A stretch of 62,922 nucleotides of DNA, counting the filler, from Perkinsus chesapeaki ATCC PRA-425 (Eukaryota; Protista; Perkinsozoa): assembly GCA_013115145.1 (NCBI GenBank). It is 10 parts of 10 records of this genome, joined end to end, with 100 filler letters (N's around TTAATTAATTAA, not from the genome) between each part and the next. Parts side by side here need not be neighbours in the genome. Positions count along the whole stretch, not along the records: positions 28,807 to 51,945 come from JAAPAO010000566.1; positions 52,046 to 53,506 come from JAAPAO010001947.1; positions 53,607 to 56,032 come from JAAPAO010001608.1; positions 56,133 to 57,352 come from JAAPAO010002093.1; positions 57,453 to 58,456 come from JAAPAO010002290.1; positions 58,557 to 60,786 come from JAAPAO010001647.1; 4 more parts are not named here. One strand, given 5' to 3'. A program made the translations under genes and the position numbers. Shown here piece by piece: positions 48,301 to 59,701 of the stretch. The notes below the pieces were generated by a model, which was not told where the DNA came from, did not search any database, and saw only the letters and a program-made list of their open reading frames with translations. How positions within the stretch are numbered: the first letter of the stretch is position 1; every line of letters begins with the position of its first letter.

Positions 48301-48814
48301 CTTCCTGTACCTTCGCCGCAATACTTCTCTTTTGATGGCTCCTTTGGGGCTGCCGTCCCTTCTAGGGGCATCTATGGGCTTGGAGATTCTCGTTTCCATA
48401 CCCACTTCATTTCAAAGTCCCGCAAAATTATCACTTCTCATTTATGAATGGTTATCATTCTGTCAGGCATTTCTCATTGAGATGCAACAGTACTGCCACA
48501 ACGGTCAAGAATCTTCCACGGACGCATACTGGGCTCAACTCGGTAGCAGGTCTCCCATAGGCCGGTGAGTGTAATTTCGTGGCGAGTGAAAGTTGAGGGT
48601 CCTGTTCAGTGACGGTGATCTAGGCCAGGCAAGCCGCCTATTGCGGAGTAAGCGATTGAACGACACTGACTCCCATCTGGCGGTCGCAGCGTCCCGGCCA
48701 GCTCCGAGCGCGGCTGGCGGGGCCCGAGAAGATACCCAGCGGAAAAGAAAGTCGGCGCGTGCCACTTCTAAGAGAGCATCTCCCTTGGTTACGGTTCAAG
48801 CCTGTCCTTTGTGA
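45311..48814 (+). CDS. CDC14: Cdc14 dual-specificity protein phosphatase, multi-exon
   Basis: EFGPYDLA, PFRDANLGVSTFDLTLENV, NGDMNWIIPGKILAFAG, VVRLNEKRYS, DGSCPS, catalytic AVHCKAGLGRTGTLI and IGWCRLCRPGSILGPQQ. Confidence 0.95.
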
Positions 48815-49640
48815 TTTCTGTAGCAATTTTTTATCAACTCCTTCGTCAATGGGCCTAAGTGTACAGTGTATCGTGTAACCCGACAAGCGCCGCGCTCTTT
48901 CTCGTTGGCCATGTGTGGCCTCGTAGAGTTCCTGAGGCTTCTTCGAGACCTTGTCACCTTTAATCCTATGTAACACCAGATTTCAAATAATCCTCACATT
49001 TGGTATTGAGTTTGCCTAAATCAGGCCGCCCTTTAGACATGCTCATCGCTCGCTTTGCCCGTCGAGGTTCCGCTACCGGTGTCACTGCTCAGAAGTAGCC
49101 AGCTCACCGACGCAGCACTGCGAATAGTTTGCTCCTCAGGAAGACCCCTCTGGTCCCGGAGTACAAGAACGAATCATGGTACGAAGAAGTACAGGACACA
49201 TTGTCACCTGCTGGGCAACTCAACAAACGTCATGTCGGCGACGCCGCGGTAGGCGCCACAATTTCTGCCACATGACAATGGTCTCAGCAACCGCCCCTCT
49301 CCCGCGAGGAGGTCTACCAGCCGAACTCTCCTCATAGAGAGATCCGACTCAGGCATCGACTCGACATGTAAGGTCCTTTTCTGCTAGAATAATAGATCTT
49401 GTACAGGAGCAAGATAGATTGGTTTGGTAAAGGAAGCGATGACCGTCGGCTCGAGAGGGTCGAGCAACATTACAATTTCCACAACTACAAGTTCCTCACC
49501 TATACAGAGAAGTTCGGGGTTGTGGTACGTTGGAGCAGTGCTGTCTGAACAAGTGCTGCTATTGTTTCATATTTCTAAAATACACTTGTTGGTAGCTAGG
49601 GTATGTTGTGGTTGGATGCTACTTGGGAAGTGTTGGTATC
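48796..49640 (-). CDS. Hypothetical protein convergent with CDC14
   Basis: Exon-like frames IKGDKVSKKPQELYEATHGQRERARRLS/GPLTKELIKNCYRNHKGQA*. Upstream exons are uncertain. Confidence 0.3.
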
Positions 49641-49792
49641 TACAGTTCTTATCAACCTCCTAGTACTACTAGTTCATAGTGGAGCCTGACTGCTGGAGTA
49701 GTATTATAATTCCTGCTATACTACTCGGCTAGTAATATATTAGACTTCTACTACCAGTTGATAACATCGACCATTGCGGCGGGAATCGAAGG

Positions 49793-50235
49793 ATGCAGTA
49801 TTTTACCCGCGACATTTTCTATCCATCTGGCTTTACCAATAACACTTTAAAGCTTGTGGGCGCGACTTTCCTTCTACGCAGCATTTCGAGAATACTCTCA
49901 AACCTGTCGCCTGGTTCCGAGTCTCTCTTACTGCTGTTTTCAGTTCATCTGTTTGGTGGTGGTCCCCGTTATTGGTGCGATGACATTCATGCCCAATTTC
50001 CGGCAGGAGTTCTTGAACATCTTCACCACCGCTCCCCCGAACTTCCCCAAAGGCCATGCCTCGCTCGACCTCTCGGCTGTAGGGGGAAGACTCGCTCATC
50101 TTTAACGTTGTTCTTGACAGGTCAAATTTTGGGATCATCGGCCGGAGAGTTTCACTCTGAAAGATATGTGGGGACAGCAAGCGCATGAAGAATGAACGAT
50201 TGGTTTCTGATGCGTGCTGTGTTGTTGTTTACTAG
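49793..50235 (+). CDS. Small single-TM hypothetical protein, multi-exon
   Basis: FICLVVVPVIGAMTFMPNFRQEF... followed by a terminal exon DHRPESFTLKDMWDSKRMKNERLVSDACCVVVY*. Start uncertain. Confidence 0.4.
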
Positions 50236-50279
50236 TAAACACAACGCCGTCCCAAAGTGGCACAACGGTGGCATGTGCA

Positions 50280-51250
50280 TTAGCACATGACGTTCATGAT
50301 GAACAAACTAGATATGATAGGGAATAGAGAAGCCATGGAGAGGCTAAAGGCTCCATTCGGGGTGGAAGATTTTTCCGGTACGAAATGAAACACCAAGCCG
50401 CTGCACATAACGTGTCCTGAAAAACGACAAGTGTGGCGAGAAGTGGCCGATGGGCTTACCTTTGGTTGTGGTAGGGATCTTGTAAAGAAGAGACTCGCCG
50501 GGTTTGGCCGCGATGGACTCCATAACAGTGGGATTTTCACCGGAAAACGCAGAGTCATCACTCGACTGGTTAGCGTGCTTGACCGCAGGAGGCACTTCAC
50601 CTGCGGAACAATTACATTAACGACCGGCGCTGCAGACTTACCTGGCCCGAGCTTCAACGCCTCTCGACAGGAGTGACTGGAGAACTCGGCGTTCCTAAGA
50701 TACAAAGGAACTTCCCCCCTACAGTAGCAGGGAAGTGACCTACTTGACTTCAGGATTCAGGACACAGAAATCCTGTATCTCGCTTTCCAATATTGCGCCA
50801 TCGCCAGCGTCTGTCATCTTAGTGTCGGGGCAGTAGGTTGTGCCGTCGATGGTCTCGCAGTAGCCACAGGCATAGAGGGCACACTCATCCCAGTTGCATG
50901 ACTCTGAGTCCCGCTGTGAGCCGGGCTTCGCGCGTTTAGAGATGTATTCGCGGAAGGCGGCTATGGTCGTGCTTTGGAGTCCAGCGCTCCAAACATGCCC
51001 GGGTTCGCCGGTGTCGAGGAAGTTCATGAAGGGCTCTCGTGAGATGGTCTCGGAGAACTACACAGAATGAAATAGCAATCGAGCGATAAGCTTGATTTTC
51101 CCTACCTTCTTGGTCCAGCCGGTCAGAGACTTTGCCGTCCCTGCTGCTGCAGTGGTGGTATTTCCGACTATCGCTACGGAGTCCTTGGAGGCACTAATCA
51201 AATAATAGCGAGTATAGCAGCGAACGGAGCCCTACTCTGGCTGCATTGCC
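50280..51250 (-). CDS. Cys-rich protein with a hydrophobic C-terminus (possible GPI-anchored surface protein), multi-exon
   Basis: Exon ...ESCNWDECALYACGYCETIDGTTYCPD...DFCVLNPEVK and terminal ...STPNGAFSLSMASLFPIISSLFIMNVMC*. Confidence 0.5.
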
Positions 51251-51529
51251 GAGCCCCCGATCCTCTTGGTCTGGAATTGGACTCTGCGACCGGTCCCGAG
51301 TAACAGCATTGGCTGAAGAGCGAGGATTCTCATAAGAGAAAGATACGTGTTAAGCTACAAAGACAGATCATAATTAATGTTGCTACAGCCACATACAGCT
51401 TGTACATTACATGATCGCCACGGTGATTCCAATAAAGTGGGCGAGTTTTTTCCAAACGGATACGGATAAATCTTGCTCACTATCTCACACTTGCATTTAC
51501 TTAACGCTACCGCGCATTAATGGGGGATA

Positions 51530-51549
51530 TGCTCAATGAGCATTGCTCA
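51530..51549. repeat. Three alternating inverted hexamers TGCTCA-a-TGAGCA-t-TGCTCA
   Basis: Read directly; period 7; upstream of the minus-strand gene at 50280-51250. Confidence 0.75.
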
Positions 51550-52045
51550 TGCCGCACGAGTCGTGCGTGCCCCAATCATTCAGTCGCAGTCGAGAGTATA
51601 GCATCAGAGTGGCTTGGGCATCATAGCGCTAATGATTATGCTTGTCTTTCCAACTAATTGAGCGCTGATGTACTCCCAATTCATGAGTCGTTGACTTGTC
51701 ACTGACAGCTTGTCAGTCGCTTACCAGTAGATCGGTATCCATCTTCCTGTTAGTTGGTAGTATCGTGACGATACTATCGTCATAACATTACATTTTGGCC
51801 TAATGTCTCATTGAATCTGCCACTCAGCTTCAATCAGAGATATGGCTTTGGCAAACGAAAATCCATAATACAGGCTAGTGGGGTCGAAAGTATCCAGAAA
51901 AAGGGTCGAAAGTCAACAAACGCGGAAATGTGGTACAAGAAAAAGNNNNNNNNNNNNNNNNNNNNNNNNNNNNNNNNNNNNNNNNNNNNTTAATTAATTA
52001 ANNNNNNNNNNNNNNNNNNNNNNNNNNNNNNNNNNNNNNNNNNNN

Positions 52046-53506
52046 ACAAAGTCAAAACCTCTTGGAGGTTCTGATCTGTAGAAGAACGAACGAAGTGGTT
52101 AAGCATGAAAAGCCGAGTGGTACATATAATAGAAGGACTAGTCCAAAGTAACGTTTGTTTAATGGGTGGCAGCTGGTTGGGATCCCCACTTCCCATAATG
52201 AGCACACCGCCAAACGGTAATGGAGAATTATGCAGAAACTGAAGAATTTTGTTCTGCACGTCGAGCAACTCGGCTCCCTCTGTTCCAATTTCTTCGTGAA
52301 TTATCACCCGGATGGACTTAAGCCACTGCATCTTAACCGGATCCCTAGCAAGCCTGGTCAACGCTCGTTCTGCTAATATACGTGATGATGGAGAAGACGC
52401 GACAGGGATGGAGAACACTAAGTGAATATGCTCTCCTCCTAACGCTGCAGCTCGCTCACTGGCAACACTGGTTACTATAGTATTCAAGCCCTTGGCTAAA
52501 GCATAGGCACCCCAGTGCGCAGTTACGTGAGATTTACCGCTGCCAGGTGGACCCAGCAGGACTGGAGCTGGAATGAATGCACGCTGACCCGAGCAGAACA
52601 AATCTATAGCTTGAAGGCCAAGATCAAGGGCCACTTGCTGCTCTTGGAAAGACTCAAGGGTCTGCGTGTCACCTCGACGAATCTCTGGCCTCCAGTCTAA
52701 CGGGACGCTTTGAGTAGCGTTAACTAACTCATCTATAGATGGCAGTTGGTAGATTGGATTCGAAAAGAAATGAAGAGCTTCTGCCATAGCACGTTTGCTA
52801 TCTTTGGTGCGTTGTTGCAACGCAGCAGACGCAGCTTCTGTCATTTCATTCCTCAAAACTAAGGGAGTTGTATAGAACTGCAGCTCTCCTCCTAAAAGTA
52901 AACTATGTAGCGCGTCACGTGCGTCAATTAAATGTTTATCGAACGACGTGGTGCCCCCTGGCAGATAAAGCAGCTGTGATAAGATATATCTACGAAGAAT
53001 CGTATACGCTTCATGCTCTGTCGGATTATTGGAATCTTGAACGAGCCCAGCTAATTCAAGTGATTGTCTTAGATGATTAACAGCGAAAAGATCAACCTCC
53101 GTATGAAAGTTTCCTAGAGAAAGAACTATATGAATAAGGAAACGATCTGCATACCGGGGCAAAGGATTCGAGAGTACAACTACATGGGGCTTACGATTAC
53201 CTTGGAAGATAAAGCGATCGAATAACCCCTGAGGAGGTTGTTGCCCTAATAGTGGGTCTATTATATGTTCTATTATGTTTCCTACTAACTGACGCTCAGC
53301 CAAACTGTAGCGGGCTGCATTGTCACGATAAGCTAGAGCACATTGCTTAACCCGAGGGAGCTGTGCCGGTATTATTCTAATTTGCTTATCGAACCCATCA
53401 ATCCAGGGGCAATCAGGTATGCTTATATTCAATAAGGCCTGTTGCGGGTTCACTGGATTGCCCTCAGCGTCATTTTGAGCACTTTTAGGGATGGGAAGCC
53501 TAACCA
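52046..53506 (-). mobile_element. Pif1-family (SF1B) helicase ORF, intronless and open across the contig; possibly Helitron-like
   Basis: Walker A LLGPPGSGKS, A..LGGEHIH..F, IIHEEIG, PFGG.LIMGSGDPNQLPPI and LNHFVRS.TDQ. Mobile origin is inferred, as no Rep domain is visible. Confidence 0.65.
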
Positions 53507-53606
53507 NNNNNNNNNNNNNNNNNNNNNNNNNNNNNNNNNNNNNNNNNNNNTTAATTAATTAANNNNNNNNNNNNNNNNNNNNNNNNNNNNNNNNNNNNNN
53601 NNNNNN

Positions 53607-55700
53607 AGCTCTCATAAAAAGTCTGAGATGATGAACACAGCAAATCCCGGAAAAATGAGACAACTTCATTCAAACTCCCAAACAAGGGCAGCTTGGGATA
53701 TGGCAATGTCCAAAAAGCTCAGTGAAAAGGTGGAATCACTCAAAACTGAAGGGGTTGATAAAGTTTGGAGCATCTTTTCCAGCTGTCTGTGCGAAACCGC
53801 AGCCGAGACATCCCTGAGGTTCTTCAACGATCAGATGTCAAGTGGACAAGCGCCCAAACGGGAACCTCGGCCGAAGAGGAGATTGCGCAAGAAAGCAGCC
53901 ATAGATGCTATATCAAATAGCAAGGTCATTGAAGATAGATGGATTTGGAAGCATCTTCGGGAAAACTTCGACGTCTACGAGGAAAAGAAAATCATCCCAA
54001 AGACCCTCTCGGCCAGAGCGTTCTCGGAATATATGAACCAGCTGTACAATGCAAGAGGTGAGGACCCCGAAGGCATGCCTCCTACCATCATTAAGGACGG
54101 CCTTGCGCCCGAAAGGGACCCATCACCAATGCCGGCTGATATCACCCTAAATGAGATATCAGACGCGGTTAGGACCCTTAAGACACTGAAAGCTCCTGGG
54201 ATAGATGGTTGCCCCCCAGAAGCACTGAAAATAGGAAGTGGGGTTGCCAAGTGGTTATTACTTGTATGCCAAAAGTGCTTCGAGGAAGAAACCCAACCCG
54301 AGCAATGGAACACTTCCAAGGCGACACCTATCCATAAACGCGGCAATAAACACTGCTGTTCGAACTACCGAACTGTACTGTCACAATGCGCCGCCACCAA
54401 GGTTTTTGGCATGATCATATTATCTAGAATCTACTCGATAGTTACTGGAGCAATTGATATCTCTCAAGCAGCTTTCCGGAAGGGTCGATCAGGCCTGGAA
54501 ATTATACACACACTACGCCTCCTACTAGATGGCTGTCATAAATACAACCTCGAGCTCCACTTACTGAGCATAGACTACACGAAGGCATTCGATACAATCA
54601 GTCGCCAACACATATGGGACGCAATGATCTCGGCGGGTGTCCATCCCAAATATATCCGAATAATGAGGAACAGTTATGAGTCGGCTAGAGCACAGATATA
54701 CCTCAACAATCAAGTAGAGGAAGTCAGACTGAACCACGGAGTAAGGCAGGGAGACGGGTGGAGTCCAATTTTATTCATCCTTGGGCTGGAGGATATTCTA
54801 TCCCGTAGGGTGAGAAACTCGGAGCACGGCTTCAGATTGGTCTTAGAAGAGAAACTCAACGGTCGAGTGACACGGCAAAATAAAATATGTCAAAAAGTTG
54901 GCCAGTTTCTCACCGATCTCAGCTTTGCTGACGATGTTACAATTCCTTCATCAAGTGCAGAAGACAGTGAAATTATGTACAATTATCTCGAGGAAGACAG
55001 TGCCATTGCTGAGCTAAAAACGTCAGCAAATAAATGTAAAAGATTAGTGATGAATGCATCAGAGTTGAGACCCTCGAAAATCCCGGCTGTGAAACAACTA
55101 ACGATCCTTGGGTGTACATTCTCAAGTACTAACGACTATCTTCCAGAAATAAATAGAAGGATAGCACAGGCTGGATTGAAAATGTATAAACTTCAAAAAT
55201 TTTGGAATTCACATGACATAAATCTTCGATCAAAAATCATTGTGCTTCGAGCTACCGTATTCGCTGTATTGTTTTACGGGAGTGAGACGATGGCTCTGAA
55301 CTCCAAAGAGGAACAAAAATATAGCGTATTTTATAATATGTGTATACGTCGCGTCCTGAAAATAGACTGGGCCTCTCACACATCGAATGCAGAAATTCTA
55401 TCTCGAAGTGGTTGCGCGGCTTGCAGTGACGTGTTGCGGGCACGAAGACTGCGATGGTATGGCCATATCCTTCGATCCCCAGTGGAGTCACCAGTGAGAA
55501 GGCTACTAGAATGGAACCCGTGTGCACATATGGGAGCTACAAGAGAGACAACCCGGCAATCGTGGCATGACGTAATCTCACAGGATATGAATATCACTGG
55601 CTTGAAGAGTAAAGACGCTCATAACAGAAGACTATGGGAGAGTAAGATACTATCATCTTGTAAGCCACCAAGAAAGAAAAGAAAACTGACTGTCGCGTGA
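53607..55700 (+). mobile_element. Non-LTR retrotransposon reverse transcriptase (RTE-like), 5' end in gap
   Basis: KAPGIDG, PIHKRG...C.NYR, QAAFRKGRS, IDYTKAFDTI, GVRQGD..SP, FADD and RTE-type C-terminus LRARRLRWYGHILR. Confidence 0.92.
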
Positions 55701-55720
55701 ATGTGACTAAAAGAGTGAGG

Positions 55721-55885
55721 GAATAAAAAAAAGATAAAAAAAAAATAAAAAAAAAGATAAAAAAAAAGAAAACAAAAGAAAACAAAAGAAAAGAAAAAAG
55801 AAAGAATAAAAAAAAAGAAAAAAAAAGAAAGAAAAAAAAAGAAAGAAAAAAAAAAGAAAAAAAAGAAAAAAAAAGGAAAAAAAAA
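55721..55885 (+). repeat. ~165-bp A-rich polypurine tail of the LINE
   Basis: Almost only A/G, made of degenerate AnGAT, AAAAG and AAAAC units, 20 bp after the RT stop. Confidence 0.85.
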
Positions 55886-56989
55886 CCTTTACTTTAGATG
55901 TAACATTATGCAAGGTTACGTATACTTCTACTTACGGCTAATGTAGTAGGCCATGTGCCTTATTCTTTCGAAGGCTTGGTCAGCCGTACTCTTGTCATTG
56001 TACCGACCTTATAAACTCCGATAGTGCCGTCANNNNNNNNNNNNNNNNNNNNNNNNNNNNNNNNNNNNNNNNNNNNTTAATTAATTAANNNNNNNNNNNN
56101 NNNNNNNNNNNNNNNNNNNNNNNNNNNNNNNNGTGAGCCTAATAATAAAAATGCAACATGCCGGGATCGAACTTGCGCCACCTACATGATATCGTTCAAG
56201 AACTCCGAGTACAGATGTTTCTCTTCCGTATCGTTCTGTCTAGATTCTTCCGTATCCAAATGCTCGGTTAACTCATTAATAGTACTTTCGACTAAATCGT
56301 AAAAATCAGTTATGCACTTTTTTGTACCTAAAAGGGTAGATATTGAAAATTGTATTCATGAAACGCTTCGCTCCGCTTACCAAGAAAGCTCTTTGAAAAT
56401 AGATATTCATCTGTGCCGATTCCCGCGAATCCAGTAACTAGTATTTGACGCAAAAGTGCGAATTTATGCTCCAAACTTTGAGCGGAGCGAAGCTCTTCAC
56501 CTAACAAAACACAGCAATTACCTCAACCCAACTTCCCCAGCGAATGTTAATTGCACATAGCTGTAGTTTATAACATATCAATAATATTATCATATACAGC
56601 AAGCGGCATCTATACCTTTCATAAATCAATTTCGCAAACAAGGAAATCAGTTTGTGAAAGGTATAGAGACAGTGGATCACCGCGCAAAGATCAAGTACAA
56701 ATTCCCATTCAAATTCAGGATTTCTTAAAATGCGAATTTCGGCATGCTTCCTTCTGTAATATAAAAGGCCCGAAGTACGTAACTCAATCGTAGGAATGGC
56801 GAGAACTTCTATCGGTAGAAGAGGAGGAGAAGTAACACTTACGGTTTTTGCAACTTTGATGCAGAAACCTTAGACTGATAATGTTGAGGTACAATCAGCT
56901 TTATAACGTTTTCAACTCCAAACGTTGCGAAGTTCATTAGTTTTTACGCTATCTACGGCTACAAAGCCTCAGGTCGCTGCTAGCAACAA

Positions 56990-57330
56990 CACATCTCCAC
57001 GTAAGCGATCCTCTTTATTACCATGAGACTTAATACAAAGTGATGAGTATCCAACACCATCATCAGTCTTCTTCCATTTCTCGATCCATGATACACTATC
57101 ATCTAGTTCTTTAGCGGCCTTTTTATAACTATCATAATCTCTGGCACCTAACAAAACAACTACTACCAAGAAAATAGCAGGGTTCAACATGCAAACAAAG
57201 TAGTGATAGTTCCCTTTGAAAATATCTATCGAATCTCATTATTCCATTATAGAGAGTATTCATAGTAAACTTAGACATAAAGGAATATTGTGAATAAGTT
57301 ACGGGCGATAATAATTTTATCAACCCCACC
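56990..57330 (-). CDS. Fragment resembling the N-terminal (DUF3336) region of patatin-type TAG lipases
   Basis: Exon ARDYDSYKKAAKELDDSVSWIEKWKKTDD resembles the A.SY.EW..AA.ELD...G...WK motif. Confidence 0.45.
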
Positions 57331-57452
57331 TATCTTGATGAAGATCGATATTNNNNNNNNNNNNNNNNNNNNNNNNNNNNNNNNNNNNNNNNNNNNTTAA
57401 TTAATTAANNNNNNNNNNNNNNNNNNNNNNNNNNNNNNNNNNNNNNNNNNNN

Positions 57453-58140
57453 TACAGAGATAGTTCTGTACTTTCTCGAGGTGAGATTGATCGGCGACTA
57501 GGTCTTCTGGTGCCAACCGAGCTCTTCTGGGCTTCTTTAGAGGCGGGAATAGGCCCCCGCTGCTTACTGTTCCCGTTATGGGGAAGCCGGACGATAGATG
57601 CTGCACAAGGTCCACGTCGCGGTGGTTGGTGAGCTCCATCAAGGCGCTGATGTGGTGTAATTTCCAGTGGGGTGCCGCTGTGTGGACTTGTGTTGGGTTG
57701 CTTGATGGTTGCTGGCTATCTAGCCAGGCTGTAAGTGCCTTCATGTTTGATTCTCGGACCCTGTTGATCTCGCTCGTCGACAGTTCACTCTGGATCGCTG
57801 CCGTTGCCTGAAGCATCGTCGGGAGAGACATCGGCGCGCGTGGTGTTAAATGGTTGATCGTCATCAATTCGGTGTGCTGCTCTGGGGTCGTCACCGATGG
57901 GGGTGTAGAGTAGTCGTTGGTATGCTGGCCGGGCCGTTTGGTAATAGGGTAGCCGTATGTTACCGGTGCTCCCTTGACCGGGCGCAGCATAAGAATTCCA
58001 TGCAGCAGAATAACCTCTACCAGCTTGTCGAGGTCTTTATGCCTGATGGCCCACCGCCGGCGTAGAGTTGCTAACCAGCTCCTTTGTCCTCGGCGAGCCT
58101 TCTTGCGTGGTGGCTGAGGGTTGACTTCTGTAGTACTCAT
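57453..58140 (-). mobile_element. Retroelement ORF fragment, similar to the region preceding RT in DIRS/Ngaro-type elements
   Basis: Intronless frame running into the gap, with D.DLVQHLSSGFPITG. The RT core itself is not visible. Confidence 0.45.
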
Positions 58141-58556
58141 TTGTAGGGTATAAATTAAAGACTGTAGTTGAGAGAGTCAGAAGCGGCTTCTCCCCATTAC
58201 TCATCTGCCGCGGTAGAATTGGGAGGCTCCTACAGGGCGGTGATAGACGTTCTGTCATAGAACCTTTAAAAAGCGTGGGATTGCAACCCAAGATTTGACT
58301 AGGAAAATGGAATCTGTTCTGATGGTTGTTGGTCGATTTGGCATGTAGTCAGGTCGGAAATGTCGACTTATCTTGAGAATGTCTTCTCCTAGATGATAGT
58401 TCATCTTGACTACCTGATGACTACCTGATCACTACCTAGATAATTTACCCCCCCCCNNNNNNNNNNNNNNNNNNNNNNNNNNNNNNNNNNNNNNNNNNNN
58501 TTAATTAATTAANNNNNNNNNNNNNNNNNNNNNNNNNNNNNNNNNNNNNNNNNNNN

Positions 58557-59701
58557 TAGATCTCTTTGCCCTTCTCGGATAGCTGGTGATATAGCTTCTT
58601 AGCATAAGGACGCCAGCGCACATTACCTGGAACAGGCGGAGGGATGGTAAGCTGGAAAAAGTAAGCTTGCAGAGCAGTGTCCCTCGCGGCATCAAGAGGT
58701 AATCGCAAGAGCTGAATGCGATATTCTCCTGACTCGACGGTACCGAACACCCGTTCTGGCTCATCAGCCAATATGGCCACCCATCCACGAAGCTTCTCGG
58801 CAAGAGCTGGAGTGAGATGGACTTCGAAGGGGATAACGCTGGGGTCTGGTTGGATAGCGATCGATGATGTAGGCATAGAGTCGAAGGGTTCTTCGATGAT
58901 GGGAAGGTCTGAAACACTATAGACAAATTCAGACGACCGAGCCATCTTCCCATCAGTAGAGAAGAGAACAGTGCCCTCCGCAGTAGTGACCATGTTGGCC
59001 CCAAAGACGCGAAGGTCCCAATCTTGGATTACGTCTCGGCCCAGAAGGATAGCAGGGGTCGAAACAACAGCTTCCAAGATTCGCAGGGGAACCTTTGCCT
59101 CAAAAGCGTGGGAACCAGAGGCACAGAGGACGGCTAAAGTGAGAGTGATGCCCTGACGAATACGGCATAGTTTACCATCAGCAAGCTGAACGGATTGGTC
59201 AAGGGCAAGCAAAGGAGCAACGACATGCCACTGACTAAGCACACGTTCAATAGATGGACAAAGCAAATAACTATAGCCGGCTCCGCTATCGAGCACCGCA
59301 GTAGTGCTCGCAGGAGGTACCTCGAAGCTGGGTAGGATCAACACCTTCAACTTTAGCTCAGGTGGACCTTTTCCAGAAAAATTAAGAGAACATAACGAAT
59401 CGACAGGGGTACTATCCTTGGCCTGCCCGGCCGTAACAGATTGGCTTTCACCCTGTCGGACAGAAGTTGGTGTAAAAAAGGGAGCAGATCGATCGTCTAC
59501 AACCGAATCTGGCGATAGCACAGGAGAAGGGGCAGCGAGTGGGCTTGTTGGTACCGGAGGCAACGCGGTAGCAGTAGCAGTGGTATTAGGTACATCATTG
59601 TGTCGAGGCAGAATAAGGACATGAGCATTAGCATATTCTGACTCGTCAGACTCATTATGGGCCTCGCCGCGCACTATCGACGAGGCCCGAAGCCGTTTTT
59701 T
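58557..59701 (-). mobile_element. pol: LTR retrotransposon pol 5' part (aspartic protease to RT start), in the -1 frame relative to gag
   Basis: AVLDSGAGYS, VQLADG and ILLGRDVI; the frame is open into the gap. Confidence 0.85.
59659..59701 (-). promoter_or_regulatory. Programmed -1 ribosomal frameshift signal (A AAA AAC, 6-nt spacer, 11-bp stem-loop)
   Basis: The minus strand reads CCA AAA AAC GGCTTC GGGCCTCGTCG-ATAGTGCG-CGGCGAGGCCC. The -1 frame is open into the protease. Confidence 0.85.

Noticed and set aside
55594-55913. Poly-Phe ORFs; also the poly-Val/Leu ORFs at 2896-3267 and 26249-26503
   Set aside because: Translations of simple repeats.
56148-56190. T-loop-like GTTCGATCCCGG on the minus strand
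   Set aside because: No pairing T stem, D arm or anticodon arm.
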